From Gammaproteobacteria bacterium (GTDB lineage Bacteria > Pseudomonadota > Gammaproteobacteria > UBA12402): a stretch of DNA of 43,601 nucleotides. A model generated the notes under the pieces. The model was given only the letters and a program-made list of their open reading frames with translations. It did no database searches and was not told the DNA's origin. Position numbers and translations under genes: made by a program. Numbering within the stretch: the stretch's first letter is position 1; each line of letters starts with the position of its first letter. The stretch is from positions 1-43,601 of the forward strand of contig JAHJDF010000005.1 in NCBI GenBank assembly GCA_018812595.1. The letters run 5' to 3'. Below are positions 37,210-43,601 of the stretch, piece after piece.

Positions 37210-39483
37210 TTACGCCTTTTCGACGTAGTCACAATTCTTTTGGGGGCAAACTTTTTCTGCGCCTCGACGTTTCGTTGTTTTCAGCGTCAATAATGGCCAC
37301 CTGCATTTCGGACACACTTCTTCGATCGGCTCATCCCACACAGCGTATTTGCAATCCGGATACCGTGAACAAGAATAAAAAATCTTCCCTCGTTTAGAAC
37401 GCCGTTTAAGCATCGTCCCTTTATGACATTCAGGACAACGCACCCCGGTATCCTCTGGCTTTTGCAGAGATTCAATGTATTTACATTTCGGATACCCGCT
37501 ACAGGCTATAAATTTTCCATATCTTCCTGTGCGAACAATTAAATCGGAACCGCACTGTGGACATTTTCTTCCTTCCACAACCTCCGGCTTCACCTCTTCT
37601 TTGGCATTCTCATCAAGGTTTCTCGTGTAATCACAATCTGGATAACCAGAACACCCCACAAAACGCCCACGACGCCCCAACCGGATCGTTAATTTCTTGC
37701 CACATTTAGGACACTCTTCATCTAATGCTTCTTGTGTCACATCTTTTCGTTGAACAGTTTCTCCGACCTCATCAATTCTCTTTTTAAAAGGCGCCCAAAA
37801 CATTTCAAGCAACGGCAGCCAAACTTTTTCACCGCGAGCAATTGCATCTAAATCGTCTTCTAAGTGCGCCGTAAAATCATAGTCCACGTATTGAGTGAAG
37901 TACTCGGTCAAAAAGCGATTCACCACGCGCCCTAAATCGGTCAAATGAAACCGCTTTTGCTCAAGCGTTGCATACTCTCGGTTAATGAGCGTAGAAATAA
38001 TACTGGAATAAGTGGAAGGGCGACCGATGCCATACTCTTCTAATGCCTTCACCAAACTTGCTTCGGAATAACGCGGCGGCGGTTCTGTAAAATGCTGCTC
38101 ACAAAGAATATCGCGCAAATCCACCACATCGCCTTCGGACAACGGTGGAAGCACTTTTTCATCCGATTCTTGTTTCTTCGTGTCATCTAGGCTTTCTTGA
38201 TAAACCAAAATAAACCCTGGAGTCACAATGGTTGAACCGTTGGCACGAAAATAATTTTTCTGCCCGCAAAGCAAATCAACCGCCACGGTATTCATCGTTG
38301 CATGAATCATCTGGCACGCGAGGGTTCGTTTCCAAATTAAGTTGTACAACTTGAATTGATCGCTCGACAACGCATGACGAATAGATTCTGGCTCTCGCAA
38401 AATTGAAGTTGGTCGGATGGCTTCATGCGCTTCTTGCGCATTTTTCGATTTGCTTCGGTATTTCCGTGCCGTTGCTGGCACATTTTCTTTTCCAAAACGA
38501 TCCGCAATAAACCCACGTATTTCTTGAATTGCCTCATCCGCTAAATTCACAGAATCCGTACGCATGTAGGTAATCAAACCGGCAGAACCTTCACCAATAT
38601 CGATGCCTTCATACAATTGCTGAGCAATACGCATCGTACGTTGCGTGGTAAACCCGAGTTTTCTTGAAGCCTCCTGTTGCAATGTCGATGTAATAAAAGG
38701 CGCCGCAGGATTTCGTTTTCGTTGTTTCTTCTCAACTTTATCAACCGTCAACGTTCCATCGGCTTCTTTTAATAATTTTTTCTTAACATCCGCAGCCTGT
38801 TTCTTATTGACCACCGTAAATTGTTCAACTTTCTTGTCTTGATAAACCGTCAACTTGGCATCAAACACGCTATCTTTTTCACACTGAGCAACAACACTCC
38901 AATATTCTTTGGTTTCGAATTTTTCGATTTCAAGTTCACGCTCAGCAATCAAACGCAACGCAGGGCTTTGCACACGACCGGCCGACAAACCCGCACGAAT
39001 TTTTTTCCAAAGCAATGGGGATAGATTGAACCCAACCAAATAATCTAACGCACGTCGAGCTTGTTGCGCATTCACCAAACTCATATCAATCGCACGAGGA
39101 TTTTTAATAGCTTCTTGAATCGCCGACTTTGTAATTTCATGAAACGCTACTCGAAAAATAGACTTGTTCTTCAAAGCCCCCTTCTCCTGCAGAATCTCAT
39201 AGATATGCCACGCAATAGCCTCCCCTTCGCGATCAGGGTCAGTCGCCAAATACAAAGTATCGACCTTCTTTAAAGCCTTGATGATTTCATCCACATGCTT
39301 TGCATTTTTTTCGATGATTTCGTAATGCATTTTGAAATCATTTTGCGTCTCGACTGCACCTTCTTTCGGCAAAAGGTCTCGAACATGTCCGAAAGAAGCA
39401 AGAACGACGAAATCTTTACCAAGGTATTTTGTAATGGTTTTAGATTTTGCCGGGGATTCAACAATGACTAAATTTTTACTCAT
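37210..39483 (-). CDS. topA: DNA topoisomerase I with C-terminal zinc ribbons
   Basis: IVESPAK, ATDPDREGE, SAGRVQS, ITYMRTDS, QEAHEAIRPT, GIGRPSTY; repeated CPxC ribbons. Confidence 0.98.
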   Translation of the reverse strand: MSKNLVIVESPAKSKTITKYLGKDFVVLASFGHVRDLLPKEGAVETQNDFKMHYEIIEKNAKHVDEIIKALKKVDTLYLATDPDREGEAIAWHIYEILQEKGALKNKSIFRVAFHEITKSAIQEAIKNPRAIDMSLVNAQQARRALDYLVGFNLSPLLWKKIRAGLSAGRVQSPALRLIAERELEIEKFETKEYWSVVAQCEKDSVFDAKLTVYQDKKVEQFTVVNKKQAADVKKKLLKEADGTLTVDKVEKKQRKRNPAAPFITSTLQQEASRKLGFTTQRTMRIAQQLYEGIDIGEGSAGLITYMRTDSVNLADEAIQEIRGFIADRFGKENVPATARKYRSKSKNAQEAHEAIRPTSILREPESIRHALSSDQFKLYNLIWKRTLACQMIHATMNTVAVDLLCGQKNYFRANGSTIVTPGFILVYQESLDDTKKQESDEKVLPPLSEGDVVDLRDILCEQHFTEPPPRYSEASLVKALEEYGIGRPSTYSSIISTLINREYATLEQKRFHLTDLGRVVNRFLTEYFTQYVDYDFTAHLEDDLDAIARGEKVWLPLLEMFWAPFKKRIDEVGETVQRKDVTQEALDEECPKCGKKLTIRLGRRGRFVGCSGYPDCDYTRNLDENAKEEVKPEVVEGRKCPQCGSDLIVRTGRYGKFIACSGYPKCKYIESLQKPEDTGVRCPECHKGTMLKRRSKRGKIFYSCSRYPDCKYAVWDEPIEEVCPKCRWPLLTLKTTKRRGAEKVCPQKNCDYVEKA

Positions 39484-39554
39484 TTTTTACTCATTTTTTA
39501 AATTTAGGAATTTAATGGATGACGTATAGACAATAACCATGACGTGACAAGCAT

Positions 39555-40034
39555 CTAATGTACAACGCTTTTATCTTCGGAAAACAGGATGTCTTCTAAC
39601 AATTGCAGAGATTTACTCATAGAAGGACAGTAATACAACACCATAAAAACAACCACTTTGACGTCTTTAACATCTAAGAACACTTCATCCAACGCCATCA
39701 GACGATCCAGCACAACCTCGCGCATCACGGCATTCAAAACTCCGATTCGCTCTAAGGAAAGTAGATATTCTTGTGCGTCCACACTCAATCGTTTCTGTTC
39801 TTCATCTGTTAATATGCGAAAAGTTCCGCGCGTTACTTTCTTTATTTTTTTAACAAGTCTTAAGAGTTTTTTTAAAGTGCGAAACCACAATAACGTTTCG
39901 TCAACGGATTGCGTTTGAAACCCCGCCTCAATCACTTCTCTTTTCATATCATCAATGGCTTGATCTTCGTAATTGTTTTGTAAAGCATTCGTATCAAAGT
40001 AACTATCAAACAAATACGTCAGTACTTCTATCAT
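39555..40034 (-). CDS. smg: Smg / DUF494 protein
   Basis: MIEVLTYLFD, EAGF, FRILTDEE, REVVLDRLMAL; located upstream of topA. Confidence 0.85.
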   Translation of the reverse strand: MIEVLTYLFDSYFDTNALQNNYEDQAIDDMKREVIEAGFQTQSVDETLLWFRTLKKLLRLVKKIKKVTRGTFRILTDEEQKRLSVDAQEYLLSLERIGVLNAVMREVVLDRLMALDEVFLDVKDVKVVVFMVLYYCPSMSKSLQLLEDILFSEDKSVVH

Positions 40035-40174
40035 CTTGTTTGCTCATGTTGTTCATTTCATTACATGCGATTGTATGACGCAAAATATAGCTCAATGCAA
40101 GTCAGTCCGCTGAGATTCCTCTCTAACAAGTTCATCAATAGGCCAATAACCCCTTTGAAACGATCCATCTCCAT

Positions 40175-42538
40175 CTATAACTCTATACCACTCATCCAAA
40201 TTTGACCGAGGCTGATGCTTCCGTCGGAGGGAGGTAATTGATTGGGTAGAAAAGTACGAATGTTTTTTTGGATTAATAAGCGTGTTAAGTCTTCTGTTAA
40301 AACTTTATTTAAAAAACAGCCTCCGCTCATCACGACAGTTTTAATGCCCGTCTCTTGAGAAGCGCACGACACCCAATCTGCTAATGCAGCTGATAACGTG
40401 CCGTGAAAACATGCAGCGCCCTCTTTTTGATTCATAGGCAACAACTTCAAGAACAAAGGCGTCAGGTCTAGTTCGTTGTTCTCTGTAATACGCCAACCCG
40501 CCCGATCAACAACAGGCGTCAAGACCAAACTTTCTAAGCACATGGCGGCTTGTCCCTCGTATGCCGAAACGGTTTGCACACCTAACAATGCACTTGCTGC
40601 ATCAAACAGACGCCCACAACTGCTTGTTCTTGGGGAATGGATCTCTCGATCCAAAATCTGTAGCACCGAAGACAACGATTGAAATGTATGAAATCGCTGC
40701 TGAATTGCCTCTTGTTTTCCCAACTGGTGCAATACGCTCACGGCCATCCGCCACGGTTCTCGTGCCGCAATATCTCCTCCCGGTTGAGCCAACGTTTTTA
40801 GATGCCCTAGCCGCTGATAGCGCGCTCCTTCTAATAAAAAAAGTTCGCCGCCCCACGATTCGCCTTGTTCGCCGTAGCCATACCCATCCAGTGACAGCCC
40901 CAAGACAGGTTCTTGCAAATGATGTTCTGCCATCACTGCTGCGCAATGTGCGTGATGATGTTGAACTCCGATGGCCGGCACTCCTTGTGCTTGTGCCCAC
41001 TGTGTTGAATAAAAATCGGGGTGCCAATCGTGCGCGATGTATTCAGGTTTCACGTCCAGCAATTTCAACAAATGCTCTAAGGACTCTTGAAAGAATTGGA
41101 TCGTCTCTGCGTTCTCTAGATCGCCGATATATTGCGAAACATAAGCTTCATTCCCACGTACAACACAGAATGTGTTTTTCAAAAGTCCTCCAACCGCTAA
41201 ACCAGGTGGCAAAGAACGCGCTAATTTTATTGCATTAGGGACATACCCTCTGGCACGTCGCACAAACAATGGTTTTCGGTTCACGACATTAACTACGGAA
41301 TCATCCACCCGCGTCAAAATGTCACGATTGTAAGAAACGATCGCATCCGCAATGTTTTCGAGTTCCTTTTCTGCTTTTTGATCATCAATTAATAGCGGCT
41401 GTCCGCTTAAATTTGCGCTGGTTACAACCAAAACAACATCTTGTTTTTCTGCGAACCACAGATCGCCTTTAGGACGATCTAACAAACCATGGAAAAGCAA
41501 ATAATGCAGCGGGGTAGACGGCAACATGACGCCAAAGCTCGACAATCCTTGCGCGATGTCTGGTGCTAATAGCTGTGTTGCTGTTGTTTCTGGATCCCCG
41601 CTTTCGCGGGGATGACGAAGAGCGGCTTCATGGGGATGACGAAGAGCGGCTTCATGGGGATGACGAAGAGCGGCTTCATGGGGATGACGAGAGAACACTT
41701 TTTTAGGCAATAACACGATGGGCCGGCTTCTATCTTGCAATAGCTCCTCTGCTTCAGGAGAAGTTTCAGCAAAAGAATCTAAGCTCGACACATTTAATGT
41801 CATCAATGCAAACGGCTTCGCATCACGCTGTTTCCGTTGTCTTAAACGATGAACTGCATTTTTATTGTGTGCGTCACAAATCAATTGATATCCACCCAAC
41901 CCTTTCACCGCCACGATCTCGCCCGCTTGAATTTTGGAAACGATTTCGTCTATTGGCATGGAAAGTTTTGGACCGCATGCGGGACAAGCAGTTGGTTGCG
42001 CGTGGTACCGACGGTTGAGAGGATCCGAATAATCTTTTTGGCACGATTCACACAAAGGAAAAGTTCGCATAGACGTTTGTGAACGATCGTAAGGAAGGCT
42101 TTGAATGATGGTGAGTCTCGGGCCGCAATTGGTGCAATTTAAAAATGGATAATGGAAAAAGCGGCTTTTGGGATCGAACAACTCCTGTAAACAGTCGTTG
42201 CAAATACAAATGTCCGGAGAAATACACGTTGCAACTTTTTCGCTTTTTTGACTTTGAATAATGGAAAAACCGACCTCGTTTTTCTTTGGTTCAATGTCTT
42301 CTAAAACAATCTCATCAATCACTGCAAGCGGCGGCAAATCCTTTCGAAGTTTTTCAACAAATTGATCGACGCCTTCGCCTTGAATTTCAACAGTAACACC
42401 CGAGCTGTGATTAAAAACAAATCCAGTACATTGGAGTGCAATCGCAATCCGGTAAACACACGGACGAAATCCAACGCCCTGAACACGGCCATTGATGTGC
42501 AACCGTTTTCGCTTTTGAGGAGATTGCTGCGAGATCAT
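40175..42538 (-). CDS. hypF: [NiFe]-hydrogenase maturation carbamoyltransferase HypF, with an in-frame repeat insertion
   Basis: GRVQGVGFRP, CxxC zinc fingers, KGLGG, TSAN, QHHHAH, SSCGRLFDA, DGSISLGQ; ATGA overlap with the hypB stop. Confidence 0.95.
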   Translation of the reverse strand: MISQQSPQKRKRLHINGRVQGVGFRPCVYRIAIALQCTGFVFNHSSGVTVEIQGEGVDQFVEKLRKDLPPLAVIDEIVLEDIEPKKNEVGFSIIQSQKSEKVATCISPDICICNDCLQELFDPKSRFFHYPFLNCTNCGPRLTIIQSLPYDRSQTSMRTFPLCESCQKDYSDPLNRRYHAQPTACPACGPKLSMPIDEIVSKIQAGEIVAVKGLGGYQLICDAHNKNAVHRLRQRKQRDAKPFALMTLNVSSLDSFAETSPEAEELLQDRSRPIVLLPKKVFSRHPHEAALRHPHEAALRHPHEAALRHPRESGDPETTATQLLAPDIAQGLSSFGVMLPSTPLHYLLFHGLLDRPKGDLWFAEKQDVVLVVTSANLSGQPLLIDDQKAEKELENIADAIVSYNRDILTRVDDSVVNVVNRKPLFVRRARGYVPNAIKLARSLPPGLAVGGLLKNTFCVVRGNEAYVSQYIGDLENAETIQFFQESLEHLLKLLDVKPEYIAHDWHPDFYSTQWAQAQGVPAIGVQHHHAHCAAVMAEHHLQEPVLGLSLDGYGYGEQGESWGGELFLLEGARYQRLGHLKTLAQPGGDIAAREPWRMAVSVLHQLGKQEAIQQRFHTFQSLSSVLQILDREIHSPRTSSCGRLFDAASALLGVQTVSAYEGQAAMCLESLVLTPVVDRAGWRITENNELDLTPLFLKLLPMNQKEGAACFHGTLSAALADWVSCASQETGIKTVVMSGGCFLNKVLTEDLTRLLIQKNIRTFLPNQLPPSDGSISLGQIWMSGIEL
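41590..41690. repeat. REP plus three 24-bp tandem units inside hypF
   Basis: CTGGATCCCCGCTTTCGCGGGGATGAC (41590-41616) followed by GAAGAGCGGCTTCATGGGGATGAC x3 (41617-41688). Confidence 0.95.
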
Positions 42539-43209
42539 TTTTGTTGCATTAACCATTGAATCCACGCTTCGAATCCTTCGCCGGTCTTCACGGATAACGG
42601 AAAAATAGTTAAATGAGGATTCACTTGTCGCGCGTATTGCAAACAACAACCGAGATCGAAATCCACATAGGGCAACAAATCGATTTTATTCAGCAACATG
42701 ACGCTGGAAGCATGAAACATATAGGGATATTTCAGAGGTTTATCTTCCCCTTCTGTCACGGATAACATCACGACTTTATGCGCTTCGCCCAAATCGAAAG
42801 AAGCGGGGCAAACGAGATTTCCGACATTTTCAATAAACAAAAAATCTTCGTCGTGAATTTTTAAATCTTCCATCGCATGACCGATACCGTGTGCATCTAA
42901 ATGACATCCTTGTCCTGTGTTGATTTGCTTGACCGGGACTTGCGTACTCTGAATTCGTAATGCGTCTTGATCGGTTTGTTGATCCCCTTCGATCACAGCG
43001 GATCGATAACGATCTTTTAACGCTTCAATGGTTTTGACCAATAGAGAAGTTTTTCCAGAGCCAGGGCTAGAAACAAAATTCAATGCACAAATATTGTATC
43101 GCGTTAAATAGTCACGATTTTTCAAAGCGAATTCATCGTTTTTAGTCATTAATTTTTTTTCTACATCAATGTGTTGATGATCGTCACCACAACCGCAGGT
43201 ATCGCACAT
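42535..43209 (-). CDS. hypB: Hydrogenase nickel-insertion GTPase HypB
   Basis: MCDTCGC, SPGSGKT, CHLDA, ENVGNLVCP, DKPLKYP, NKID. Confidence 0.97.
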   Translation of the reverse strand: MCDTCGCGDDHQHIDVEKKLMTKNDEFALKNRDYLTRYNICALNFVSSPGSGKTSLLVKTIEALKDRYRSAVIEGDQQTDQDALRIQSTQVPVKQINTGQGCHLDAHGIGHAMEDLKIHDEDFLFIENVGNLVCPASFDLGEAHKVVMLSVTEGEDKPLKYPYMFHASSVMLLNKIDLLPYVDFDLGCCLQYARQVNPHLTIFPLSVKTGEGFEAWIQWLMQQK

Positions 43210-43544
43210 TATTCAACCTCCAAAGATTTAATGTTTAATTCTTCACCGCTCAATAATTGAAAATCATGAGACCGACATTCTGGACAAGCATCGTACAGTT
43301 TTTGAATGGAAAAAAGTGTAGCGCACTGATTGCATTTCGCTTTTCCGGGTACATCGATAATCACAAGTTTTGATCCTTCTAATGCTGTGTTTTGAACCAC
43401 CACATCAAAGGAAAACAGGAGCGCTTCTTTTTGCACACCGGCCAATAAACCTAATTCAAGGATAACCGCATGCACCTTTCGATCGCCTTCAAGTGCGTCG
43501 AGCGCAATATCCACAATGTTTCGACACAAAGTCAGTTCATGCAT
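43209..43544 (-). CDS. hypA: Hydrogenase maturation nickel chaperone HypA
   Basis: MHE N-terminus, CNQC..CPEC, GEEL. Confidence 0.96.
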   Translation of the reverse strand: MHELTLCRNIVDIALDALEGDRKVHAVILELGLLAGVQKEALLFSFDVVVQNTALEGSKLVIIDVPGKAKCNQCATLFSIQKLYDACPECRSHDFQLLSGEELNIKSLEVE

Positions 43545-43601
43545 AACAATTTCAGACAGTAAAAATATAAAAAAATTTACAAAATAAAATCCAAATAATT
43601 C

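Noticed and set aside
16586-37397. Small ORFs over repeats (16586-16792, 16641-16829, 20719-21006, 23523-23732, 29191-29373, 36987-37397)
   Set aside because: They consist of REP-derived peptides (SSPRKRGS, FAGMT) and lack independent coding evidence.
40035-40174. dprA remnant upstream of smg
   Set aside because: Only a short PIDELVRE-like peptide in one frame, which is too weak to support.
40561-41238. 225-aa plus-strand ORF and other antisense ORFs inside nifJ, pepN, pta and topA
   Set aside because: They lie antisense to or within well-supported genes and show no motifs.

Overview
Chromosomal segment of an AT-rich gammaproteobacterium, most likely Legionellales/Coxiellaceae-like: it carries a full-length AnkH Dot/Icm core-effector homologue and an LbtU-type porin. 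The housekeeping backbone (mltD-yafS-rnhA-dnaQ, pepN, hemW, trmB, tRNA-Val, algC-dut-radC, rpmB-rpmG, coaD, topA-smg) is interleaved with an anaerobic/fermentative toolkit (NifJ-type pyruvate:ferredoxin oxidoreductase, ferredoxin, AckA, Pta, HypA/B/F) and with orphan effector-like ORFs. The main non-genic signal is a dense palindromic repeat family (CGTCATCCCCGCGAAAGCGGGGATCCAG type) present in 11 clusters. The outer ends of these repeats seed locus-specific tandem arrays with 18-28 bp units. One array sits in frame inside hypF, one repeat supplies the C-terminus of dapF, and two near-identical copies bracket a secreted phosphatase gene. Also present are a GTAG-type hairpin family, a Rickettsia RPE-1-like palindrome next to the tRNA, and the probable left end of an IS3-family element at the window start. 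All calls come from motif reading and recall only; no searches were run.
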